From positions 198,182 to 262,181 of the forward strand of contig NMRA01000044.1 in NCBI GenBank assembly GCA_002633005.1: a DNA stretch of 64,000 nt, written 5' to 3'. A program made the translations under genes and the position numbers. Shown one piece after another: positions 1 to 12,500 of the stretch. The notes below the pieces were generated by a model. The model was not told the origin of the DNA, did not search any database, and worked only from the letters and a program-made list of their open reading frames with translations. Within the stretch, counting starts at the first letter, position 1. Each line of letters opens with the position of its first letter. The DNA is from Phoronis australis (Eukaryota > Animalia > Phoronida).

Positions 1-574
1 CCCCATTATAGTTTCTTTGTGTTGATTTCTGCAGATCAACAGAAATTTCTGTGTTGAAAAGAAGTTCTGGGGTTTCAAAATCTTAACTGATTGCTGGCAC
101 CCATCACCAAGTTTTGCTTCTACAATTTTATGGTCATCCAATCAGAAGGCGGATTGGACGTCTGAATCGCCCGCCCTCTGCCAAAAAAATTATGTGACTT
201 GTCATACTGCTGTTCTGTCTTGTTGTTGTTCGCCCTTGAATCAAAAGCCAGTTCTGTCTTCTTGCTTTGACAAAGCTACAGGCTAATGACGATTAGACTC
301 TGTTACCCCATGGTGATTACACGTGATTGGCCAGAATTTAAGTATTTTGCACATTAATGTTTTCCTAATTTTTTGGATGACGACTGATAGAAAGTGTAGG
401 CTTGTATAACTGCTGATTTTCCTGGTAATTAGATGTCTTATCTAGGCTCTCATAGACATTCCACATTTGAATGTAGTTCAAGTCCACTTACAATTGATGT
501 ACAGTAACTATCGCCTTGTGGTGTAACCCAGCTGTCTTGGCCTACTCTGTTGTAGCTTGTGTTTACACTTTCAG

Positions 575-3500
575 GTATGCTGGTCAACTGAAACAGAAGA
601 AGAAGACATGGATCTCGGAAGGTGAAATGCACATAAAGGATAAAGACCCAGCCCCTGCCCAGGTAGGTTATGTTGTAGGGGTGAGGGGAGGGGTGGACGC
701 TGAACCTGTTGGTGTGCTGAGTATAGTGACACTCGCAAAAGTTGGATCCAACCGGACAGAGAGGTTTCAGCCAAGTAAGGTGAAATCTAAATTATATGAA
801 GGGCAAAGTGCACTAAAACTAGAACAATCGTACTACGGAGCTTTGTTGGAGGTAAACAAAAATCCGACTTAGTCATGTTCCAGTAATTTACTACATAGTA
901 GAACTTGGCAGAAGTATGATGCACATAAGTCAGGTATTTGCATAACCCGTACGCTGTACAATTGTTTTAGTGCTTGCACTGGCCCGTACTCTAATGGAAT
1001 CATTCTGTCTGATTGAATCTATGTTGTGCGAGTTTTACTGTATAATCGTTTTAGAAATCAGAATAGATTTTATTCAAAAGATTATTTACGTTGTAGTTAA
1101 CCATCAGGCCCGTGTTTAGATATACTCGAATAGCCCCACCAGTAAAAAGCTCCTATAGGGTCTCTCTTGGAAATGAGGTTCGAAAATGGGCAGTTAAAAT
1201 GTATCAGGTTGATCACTTTTCAACTGAATTGTTGCCAGACTTCTCTTAAAGTAGCCAAATTATGAACAAAGCAAAACCGTGCTCTTAGTCATACCTTAAA
1301 AGCCATACAAGTTTCCAAAAGACTCCCACAACTTCCTTCCGAAAGAAGTTCCGTTGGGTGCGTAGGAAATCCCCGTTGATACTCAATTTTGCGATCAGTT
1401 GGTTTTGAATGTTTAAAAGTGGTGGTGTTTTCCAACTGGAGACATGCTTCAATTTTCAATGTGTGCATGTGACTGGATTCTACTGGTTCATATTCCAGCC
1501 TAAACCGGTCACCCAGCAGGAGGCCAGCAAGCCACTCTTTGAGCCACCCAAAAAGGTGGAGAAGGATGTTAATGGAAAGATGAGTAAGTCCTTCACAGTT
1601 ACAGGCTGTCTACAGTCTTGTGTCTTCTGGCATTACTTACGCTACGTCTCTTTCAGAATTTCAGTTTTTGGTAACGAAAATTTAAATCAAAACTACGTTC
1701 TGACAGTCCAAGTATATACTCACACTTACTCAAAACATCTGAGAGTTATATGTAGAGGTGGTAAACTCACACTGCTGTATCAAGGTGTTAAACAATCATT
1801 TGGTGATGTCTCAAAAAACTGCTTTCAGTCAACTATAATGATTGTGCAGAAAAAAAAATATTTGATCTATATATTAGACAAGGCCATCGTAGTGATTTGA
1901 GATTCTCCACCCCATATGCAATTCCTCCGTCGTTCAGTCAGGCATTCAGAAGGTCTACAGTCATGATGTGCATCAACAACTGGAATTCTCTTCCAGTCTC
2001 TGTTAAGGAAAGCAACTCTTTTACGAGTATAAAAAATAATTTTAGANTTGAATTCACTTTTTTTTTACTTGAACTAAGGTGAGCCCAAAGATGTTAAGCC
2101 TGCACCAGCTAAAGATGTGAAGCCTCCAGACGTCAAGAGTTTAAAGGTCGAGCCCGTGAGCAAGTCTGAAGCTCCTGCTTTGAAATCCCCGACGGTTAAG
2201 GTTGAAAAGAAGGACGAAGATTCAAGGTCAGTTTCCCGCTAAAAGCTGCGTTTAACCCCTGACTGTTCCTTTATCATAAGTTTGCATTTGCTGGATAACG
2301 ATTCCTTGTGGTTGGGCCTAAACCATGGTTTGAGGTAGTTGAAGTAGTTCAAAAATGAAGCTCCTCCTATTGGGTTGCTTGTGAAAGTTGGCATCAAATT
2401 TTCTTGAATAGAAGTATTACTGAAGACAACACTGGCCTCTGTCGATTCTATCTTCTTCAGAGTCCTGTCATTATCTGAGAACAACACTGTTCATCAATTA
2501 TGCGCGTTTTTCTGAAATTTTGAGAGGACTCTGAGGAAGCTAGAATCAGCAAGGCAATATGGCTGTCAGAGTAACTCCAGGCAACCTCTTGTAAACAAAA
2601 AAAGGATATGAACGCAATGTCGATAGAACAAATACGTCTGTGAAGAAAGCAGGTTTTGTAACGCCAGGGTATGGGGGTCTATTCTTGGTTCTCAAAATCG
2701 ACCTGAAAATTGTTTTTGACACTTTTCGTATTACTTAGATACATACTCGAGCTTAGTGTTCATAATTCAGTGCTTGAATATGTTTGATGAGGATGACTGT
2801 CTAATTCTAGTTTGCACTTGATGATCTCAGCATTATAAGTTCAAGTTTGTACTTGAAATCTGGAGTTCGTAGCTCAAAGCTAGGCCCATCCAGATTGAAC
2901 TAGAAACTCATCTTCTATGTGAACCATAATGCACTTGAGCATAGTATAGTAGACCCGTATCTTGGGTATGTATTAAAATTGTCGGGAAAATATCAAAAAT
3001 AATTTTCTGTGTTATTCCGAGTATAAAAATTAGTCCTTCCAGAACATGGTTTTTGGCAGGTTTTGGAATTGAACAGCGATGTGCAAACTTTCAGGTCTGA
3101 TAGCAAGGAGAAAGAGAAAGGTCGGGATGAAAGCCGGGACCGCAGTAAGGACAAGGGAGAGCACAGGGAAAAACAGAAGAGCTCTGAGAAAGGCCGTGTA
3201 AAGGAGGAGAAACCTCGCGAGGACTCGAAGGAACGCAAGCACAAGAAGGACCGAAAGGGGGAAGACGGGGAGGTGGGGGCTAAAGTGGAGAAGACCGCCC
3301 ACCGCCGCAGCTCTGAGCCATCGCCCAAATATGCAGACGAAAAGGGTTGGTAGTTTTGGGTGGCTCAAGATGCTCAGATGTCATTTTGTGGGTAGCTCAA
3401 GATGTTCAGATGTCAGGGGTCTGTTTCATGAAAAGTGACTAAGGATTTTAGTCAGAAATTTGGTCATGCCCTCCATAACTTTTTTCGGAAAATGATAAAA

Positions 3501-6500
3501 TCTCGCTTTAGCAAAGGTGCGAAGTCTATGAGAATAAATTCTGCTCTGCAAGTTACTGTGATGATTTAGATAAATTGTTTTTGGTTGTGATGGAGCTCAA
3601 GACCAAATTTCTGATTGATGTCCGTTTAATGAAACAGACTTCAGGTGACATGACTATGGTACCAGTTGCTTACCTCAAGAGATCGTATTTTCCTATATTG
3701 GCTTTGCGTCTGCAACATTGTGCATGCAATATTTTGCAGGCTGTTATTAGTCTTGGAGATTTCTAATAATTAGCCATCATAGTATCCATGGTAACTCAGT
3801 TTTCCACTTTTTAATGTCTTAGGTAAGTGATTATTGAAATTAACTGAATGTTTAAAATTGGCAATTTAACCAAAAGTTGTGTTAAAAAATAGCTTGGGGA
3901 CATTTTTATGCTCCCACACATTTATATGTGGGGTCATATTGCTGTCATCTCTGTCTGGACGTTCGGCGTCCACGACTGTATCTCCTTAAAATTCCTTGCA
4001 GGATCATAAAGAGATTTGGCACATGTGTTCCTATGATGCTCATGAGAGATGACGATGAGTTTTGGACCGATCTGAATACCGCTGTGCCCCCCTAGTCGCA
4101 ATTTAGCTTTTTACGTTTGCCTTTGTATTTTCAGAGTTTCTTCATGGGGCAAATATGTAGTGCTATTTAATAAGAAGGCAATGATGCCCTTCCATTTTCG
4201 GACAGATTTTAAGCCACCTTGTGGCCATTTTCGTTATTTTTTGCATCTGTTTTGTGGTGTCCGTCTCTATCTGCCATACCGCTCAAATGATTATTACGAA
4301 AATTTATAAAATATGTTCTTGATGAGAAGGCCACAACTGATGTTGACTTTCAAAATGGTCGTACTACTGTGGCACCCCCTAGTGGCTGTTTTTTGCATCT
4401 GCGGCCGAATCTCCTTAACTGTTTGAAGGAGCTTTGTAAAATTGGAAAGATGTATTCCTATGGAACCGATGACATACATGAACGAGTGTCCAAATACCAC
4501 TGTGCCCTGTAGTGGCATATTTTACGTTTTCTTTTGTATCTTCGGAGTTCAAATTTATTTTCATGAAATTCAGTTCTTTTCTAATGAGGAGACGGCAACC
4601 CCTTCCCAATTTTGGTCAGATTTGATGTTTTCTGTGACACCTGATGACTATTTTGCGTCCGTTTTCTGGCGTCCACTTCTCTATTTGCCATACCACTTAA
4701 AGGATCATTATGAAAATTTACAGATGTGTTTCTAATGAGAAGGTTTCGACTGACGCTGACTTGAGTCTGCAGCTGAATTTTCCTAACACTTTGAAGGAAC
4801 TTTGTGAAATTTGAAAGATGTGTTTCTATGGAGCCAACAACTAACGATAACAAGTGTCAAACTGATCCAAATACCACTGTACCTCGTAGTGGCAATTTTT
4901 TTTACATTTGCCTCTGTATCTTTGGAGTTCTTTAATGTATTTTCATGAAATTCGGCAGATAGGTTTCTATCGCGGTGTTGTCGTGGGCGCACTTCAACGC
5001 TCAGCGTTGCTCTATTGTTGTTTTTCTGATTTATAGAGTTACCATCTGAATACATATTATTTTATTTTATTTTATTTTATTTAGAGGCCAAACGTCGTAA
5101 AGTTGAGGCGCCCTCTTCAGCAAAGGTTAGTATAGTGAATGGGCAGGACTCAGCCCCTGATGGTTGACAGATCGTGCCACTTGATTGATAGGTCTGCACT
5201 CATGGTTGGACTATGCTATTGGCTGGCTTCGGCTAGAAAGGAGGCGTCTGTAGCGCTGTGGTCTATCTCTCTGCCTGGTCTCAGATTTTTGGCGTTTTCT
5301 TCTTTAAGGCTTTTCGAACCATCTGGATTTTGCTTGCTATTTGCTTATTCGAAGTTGGAGATTGTCATTTGTCTTCTTAAGACTTGTACTTGTGTTCTTG
5401 AAATTTTCATACTAGTGGAGCTTCTCTGATAATCCTATTTCTGGCTAGTACTTAGAAAGTTAGATTTGTTGGTAAAATTTCTTGTCAATTTCCATACGTC
5501 AGTCCTAGTTGAAATTGTGATGAAGTTGTTTGCTTCAAGTTGTATTCGTGCTTGATGTCGGCTTATTTGGACTTTTGCTGTTACTTGTTCAATTGGGCAT
5601 CTGCTATTAGTTTGGTTGGATGTCTGCTGTTAGTTTGGTTGAACGTCTGCTGTTTTTCGTTTGGTTAGACGTCTGTTGTTAGTTTCGTTGGGCATCTGCT
5701 GTTTTTAATTTGGTGGGACGTCTGCTGTTAGTTTGGTTCGACGTCTGCTGTTAGTTTGGTTCGACGTCTGCTGTTAGTTTGGTTGGACGTCAGCTGGTGT
5801 CGGCTTGGTTGGACGTCTGCTCTTGCTAGTTATTTGGAGGTCTACTGTTGTTGATTCAGTTGCATGTCTGCTGTTGTTGGTGTGGTTGGACATCTGCTGG
5901 TGTTGATTTGGTTGGACGCCTGCCGTTGTTGCTTTGAAGAGTGAAGAGAGGCATAGCATCCATTGTGGTATTGAACATTTTGGTTGTGTGAGCTGAACAG
6001 GGTTCCTTGGACAGTTGTATGGCATTCAGCGGGGAAGAGAATTATGGATTTGATGGAATACGTGTATCAAGATACTCCTTAAGATAGGATGATGATCTGT
6101 TGTAGAAAACTACGGAATATCATTGATTTGATTTGACATTAAATGAGGTCATAATTGAAACTCTGAGCTGACGAAATACGTGAAGATACATATCTGGTGT
6201 AATGAAGAAATTTTGTTGAATCGGTGATACGCAAGTTAATCCATAAGTTTTGTTAGATATTGCAATGAGTTATTTTAAAGTACCGGAATATTAAATGGAT
6301 ATACAGGCCCCCTGTTGTTGAGGAAAAGTCATATGATGAGTGTGGAAAGTAAAGACGGATACGCAATACATATCATAAATCTCATTGATGCATCCTGTCG
6401 TAATCGCGCGAAGTGTAATCGTAGATTGGCCAAGGATATACGTTCAGGAGATTTCAGTTGTAAATCACCCGTGCTAGAGACTGGAAAGTTCTCCGGTATC

Positions 6501-9500
6501 TCCGCATGTAGTCATGCAAAGACGTGGAGTCATGACACGGATACATGCAAACCTACCATGTAGAAAATGAATTTAGTGAGTCGGCAAGTTAAGACTTAAG
6601 ACTGAGATGCAGGTAACACTTCAAGAAAGCTCACCAATATCACGTGTGTGTCATCCGGTGTAGAAGTTCCACTTGCTGTTGAGGAGACTTGTTCAAACGA
6701 GTCGTGATAATTAATTCTACGAGATACGTTAGGCTGGAGAGAGTTCATCGATAGTGCCCTTTCATCATCATAGATCTGGCTATGGACGCACTTATCATTA
6801 ACACTGTGTAGTGCAATACGTCGAAGAAAGTTCATTGATATCACCGCTCGTAATAGTGCAAAACTGTGCTGTCAGAGTTGTTGATCAATCATTGGATATA
6901 CACGCTACCGGCTGTTGAGGACAAATAATAACATGTAGTGATTGTTCAGCCAAGGAATATATATACATATACGTGCTACCAACCATTGAGGAACATGAGT
7001 TCAAGTTTATGACGTGAAATGCAGCTTTTGTGAGAAGGTTGATTGATATTGCCTCTTATAACCATGCAAAGAATTGTAGTCTTAAAAACAGCCACTGTTC
7101 AGGAAACTCTATTTAATGCATTACGAAAGTTACGGACTGTGAGATGCAGTATCTACAACTAAGTCAAATACGTCTATCACAAAAATTTAAGTAAATGAAA
7201 TTCTTTCGTGACAGCTGTGAAGAGCACAGTTACTCAAGTTCACTAGGGCATCATCTCTACGGTATGTGCAAAGAAGTTAAACCAGGGATCAATAGAGTAT
7301 GACAGGAACAGCTTACACAGGCGGAAGAGCACCCGGTATGAAGACTTGTAATGCGTACAGTCAGCAGGCTATGCCACTGAGTTCTGGAAAAATACATATA
7401 TGTTATATTTTGAAGTTTTCTCAATTAGCACATCGTTTATGAAAAGTTGAAACCAACAAATGCTTGTCACTCAAGGTTAAATACCAGTTTTATTTTTGAA
7501 TCAAATGTGAAAATAAAACAAAAGTTAGCGTCATTTGGACTGTATGTTGGGAAGAGACTGCCAAGTTGGCAGCAAACCACCACTCACAAATGTCAGAGCA
7601 ACGATGTCTGGTATATTTCCTTTACATAACGTGCAGTTAATCATTACTCAGTATCTTGGGTTGTGCCGCAAAAGCAAATCTAAATCACAAAGGCTTAGCC
7701 AAGTTTATACGCCAATAAAATCTATTTCAAAGAAATGTGTTGTGCGACAAGTATAAATGAAAATGCCGATGAGAGATGAAAACACTTGATATTCATCTTG
7801 CCGAGGAAGGAGATACTCGTAATCAAGAGATCCGTAAAGTTGCGACCGCGCTAAGTGTGATTCATGTGGCAGTAAACACAGGAGTATGGTATTAGAAACT
7901 TTGAAAGGCGAACAGAGAATGCGCTGATAGGTTATACTCCACTTCAGAATTGTCCAGGAAAAAAGCAGTGTGTGAGAAATTCCTTTAAAAGAAACAAAGA
8001 GAAATACACAATACCGAGACTGTGCAGTGATGGGATTGTGGTGAATTGCTTGGCAGTTGATTTAAACTTTCACTTGAAGAATTCTTACCAACTTTATCGC
8101 TGAAAAGTGTGAAATTGTTGCCGAACTATCGTTTTTAATAGAGTTACGACTACAAAGGATGTGAGATCAAGGCTATTTATTTAAGTTTACATGGAAATTG
8201 GGCTCATCGGATAGCATTCTTTGTAAAGGAAACGAGGCCCATGAAATCTATGATTTGACTGGGGATGTTATTGTTGGAAGTGGACGTGTTATGGTTATCT
8301 CTTACACCTCAGAAGAGTCTTGGAATCTTTCTGTTAAGTAATGTTTCGTTCCATCATTCCATTGGTGTGGTCAGCGCTCCATCGTCTTCAATGTCCAAGT
8401 TGTCTCCCTTTGTTGTGGTCATCTGTTGAAGCTGTGCTGTGTGAAGTCCGAACCTCTTTCCTAAGCTTGACCTACTTCTGGGACTGTAGCCTCTGACCCT
8501 ATGCGTGTAGCGTCGACTGGTCAAAACTTGCCAAAAGCCGTAGACTGAACAGACCATTACAGCGTAGCAGCCTAGTCTGTTGAAGCAGAGAAGTATAACT
8601 GTTTTCATTTAGTACTTGAGTTTATTTTGTTTATTGTTGTTTTTCCGTAATTGATTTTTAATTTCAAGTGTTTACTTAATGACCCTATGCAGCACCACTA
8701 TTAAGCAAACTTAAACAAAGGGCTCCACACCAAAATGTGAACCAAAGATGGTGCTTATGGGGCTTTACGTTCATATTCAATGTAACAACGTTGTTATAAA
8801 AATTTGAAATGATTTACTAAAGAGATGAAAAATACAAGACATGAATCGCTTTTTATTTTAGATGTTTTTGCAGTCTCTTTCAGCTCTCACATTTTTAAAA
8901 CCTCTCAGAACACCCTATAATGATTTAACATACTTTTCTCTATTTTGTTTGTGTAGTGATTGCTCGTGCTGGGAGGGGGGTGTTCTGTAATGCTGGACAC
9001 TTGTGGCAAGATATCCTGGTTTCAAATTGTTATTCTCTTTTCACAATTCAACATTCCCTATTGCTGTCCAGTCACTTGACTACTGCAGTTCTCCACCTAT
9101 TTAGATCACAATAGGGCAGATTGTGAAATTTTATTTCTCAAATTTTACAAACAAAAAGTGAAGATTAAAGATTTTTTTCTGTTGTTAGCTTTTATTTTCG
9201 GAGATGTCATGAAACAACAAATGGTCAAGTTGACGTTATTTGGAGCAAGGTAATCAGCCTTTGAAAAATAGAAAATGGTGATTTTGTCGATTATTTGTCT
9301 GCTAAATGAGTGAAGAACTGGCATTCTCTGATGGGATCTCATCGAAGTCACATGACCAGCTTTATGGAATGCTCTCCTGCTGATTGCCTGTTACTACATC
9401 ATACTAATGCTGTCTGTTCGCTTCCATGGAGAGACACCAGGTGGTGCTAGTGTCTGTTGTCTATTGAGCTATGTCTTTGTAACAGGACGGGTATGCTGCG

Positions 9501-12500
9501 TCGGATAAGGAAGTCGTCCAAAAGAAGGTGAGTTCTGTTGTTCTTCCTATTAGGTTGATGTCTATTGGAGATGTAGAAGTCGTAGGGTCAAGCTCATTGG
9601 TAGGCACATTAGAGAAATTTGAGCTAAGGAGGGGTTTTATTCATGGATGTGGCAGTGTCTTATAACTGATGTTCACGCTTGACCACTTGACCGTATTAAG
9701 CCAAAAAATATATTTGGTTCTGGTCTTTTTTTGGAAAATCAAGTCGGTGATGTTGTAATTTTTAAGTTGCTCATTTTTTCAAAAATGATATCCGTATAAG
9801 ACGTGCAAAAATAATGCAGGATCAGTTGTATTTTTTAATCATGGCTTAGCTTTTTCAAACAAAAAACATGTGACTCAAATTGACGCTGGCTGGTGCTATT
9901 TTTATTTGTTTTTAGTCAGTGAGTACATGTCGTGAAGTAGGTGTGAGGGAGATCAGAACCGACACCGCTTTTTGCCTTCATCTCGTAATAGTTGTTTCAT
10001 TTCTCATATAGTTCAAAACATGGCTCTGAAAAACAATTCTCGATTTGTTGAAAATTTTTCTACATAATTGCTCAAAATCTGGTGTGACACTTGCTACATG
10101 TAATCATTTCTGAAAGTTGTGTATAACCCTGAGTTCTGTTTCCTGGAAAGTGACTTCAGACTGAGGTTAGAAGTTTGGTCTTACACACCACACAACTATC
10201 TCTGAAAAATAATTAAGTCTCCATCAAAACCTTAAAAGTCTGAGAGTGTGCACATAACTAATCGTTACTGTAAATTAATTATAAATTATTTATGGAGAAT
10301 GACGTGGTCGTAATAACTTGACTAAACTTTTTTAGCAATTGTGGAGTGTAAGACCAAATTTCAGTCAAATGTCTAAGTCATTTCCATGAGACGGACTTCA
10401 GGAAAAAGTTTAGCTACTCTGGAGAATAGGTTAGTCATTGGTCTCCAGAGGCATTGCAGTATAAGATGATCAATTACTTAGAGACGTGGTAGGTTGGTTT
10501 CAGACATTTCGACCTGGTCTGCCAGATCTTTATCAGTGAATGAGGGATTTCCCGCCTTTCGCTGGTTAGGAATGTTTGAATACATGGGAGGTAAGTGGAG
10601 ACCTCGGTCCCGGTTCAAGAGGGGGTGCTGAATGCTGATGTTTACGGACTCTTTTAGCTTGCAACCAATCTGTGATCATCTTATACTGCAAAGTTTAGCT
10701 AACTTCAGAAATCATATCTTAAAAATTTAAACTCAGAGTCCAATGAAACTTTGATATTATTAATCGTGCTCTCTGAATTTGTTTCTAAAATGTTTTATTT
10801 TTCAAGATGGTACCATCAAAAGTTAGGACTTAGTTTTTATGAAAAAAGATACATTTCAGAAAACAAAAAACAAAAATCTGTAACAGTGTGTTGGAGATTT
10901 TACTCTGATTATTTCTATGAAAAGAAATTTGGTCGTGTTGTTACTCCATTGATTTGGAAACAGAAATACAACCCTGTCATGGTAAAAGATATGACTGAGT
11001 TGATGGAAGTCGAAGGCCTGATTTGATTTTCATTTTTCTAGCTAGCTAAACGCCATGAAATGTCACTTTAGTTTTGCTAAGACATATGGTCACATGACCT
11101 AATCAATGACAGATTCCTTTGAAGTACAAAACTGAACTCTCTTTGCTGTGTAATTTCAGAAAATATATTACTTTCGTTGAATTAATTTCTGTAGTTTCGA
11201 ACATATTTGGCTGAATACTGACCTTCTGATAATCATTAGAAGGAAACGTGAGCTATGAAGCTCGGTAGTTAAGAATTAATTGAAATGTTGTGAATTTTGG
11301 GTGTTCTGTTGAATTTGTAGTCGCGAAGTCCAACGCATGATGACAGAGATAAAAAGCTCGAAAGGAAAAGAGCTAGCGAGGTAAGTATGTGTTCGGGAAC
11401 TGTGTCTCTCAATGCATGACTCTTTAAAGGAGAATGCCACCCAAAAAACAACCTATTTTGTATCAATTTAGATGGAGTAGTTCTATTCGATAACGGCATG
11501 TTCGGTTGCGTTACCTGACGGCAGACGGAGGTGTTGAAATTATCCAATGATATAATTGGTTTCACACGCAGTTTGTTCAGCAGTTCACAACACGGGTTAG
11601 TGGTGTCAGCTTATTGCTTGAATTCATAGTTTAATACCAATAAATCGATGTAAACTTTGATGTAAAACCCTTAAAAATACACCGAGTTCTTATAAAAATG
11701 TGTTATTTTATTTCGCTGTTACGGATTTACTGGTATTTGGACACACCGTAGCCTACTAAGTTCGGCACTACCAAGGTGCGTAGCAGGAGTTTGGGGTCTG
11801 TTCGGAGATAAATTCGAAGTATTCTTCCGTGAAATACATACAGGAGAACCTAGATCTGTGTTGTTCATACTTGTGATTTTTTGAGTTCTAAACACACAAA
11901 ACGCTTGTTATCCCGGCCAGTGGCTCGGAACCCGATCAGACCCATCGCGGCCGGACTGTCTCGTTATCCCGACCAGTGGCTAGGAAGCCGATGGGCCCGT
12001 CGCGGTCGCCGGGATTGGCACGAACATAAACCAGCTTGAGTTGGAAACTAAACCTCGTCACGAAAAGACTATAATAGTGAGCCAAAGAAATAATGTGCAC
12101 GTAATTATTTATGTGAATTAGCCACGAAACTGAAAATCTACTTACTTGTCGGGTTCCCCTTCCACAGACCGTCAGGGCAAGGGTTGTACAGTAACAATGA
12201 TTTGAATAATGTATTTGTATTTCTAAATAAATATTCCCCTAACATGTGACAATAGCGTACAAAATCGAGTAATTGTTTCACAACAGCTTTCTGTCAGCAA
12301 ACACTGAATTAGCTTGTGCTCCCACGGCCTCGGTGCCCTGTCAATTACCTTTGTTGCCGGCATCAAAAGCCATTAACGCAGTGGTTTATTCATTGCTGAC
12401 TTCTCAAAACATTTGCACTCAAGAGCACTCCAAGGCATTGCAAATTGTATCTAATGAGACAGACTTTGTTTCAGTTTCATATAAGCATTGGCTAGGATCA

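Noticed and set aside
8354-8608. Antisense ORF with an RS-like stretch
   Set aside because: Short, with no domain and no supporting exon structure.
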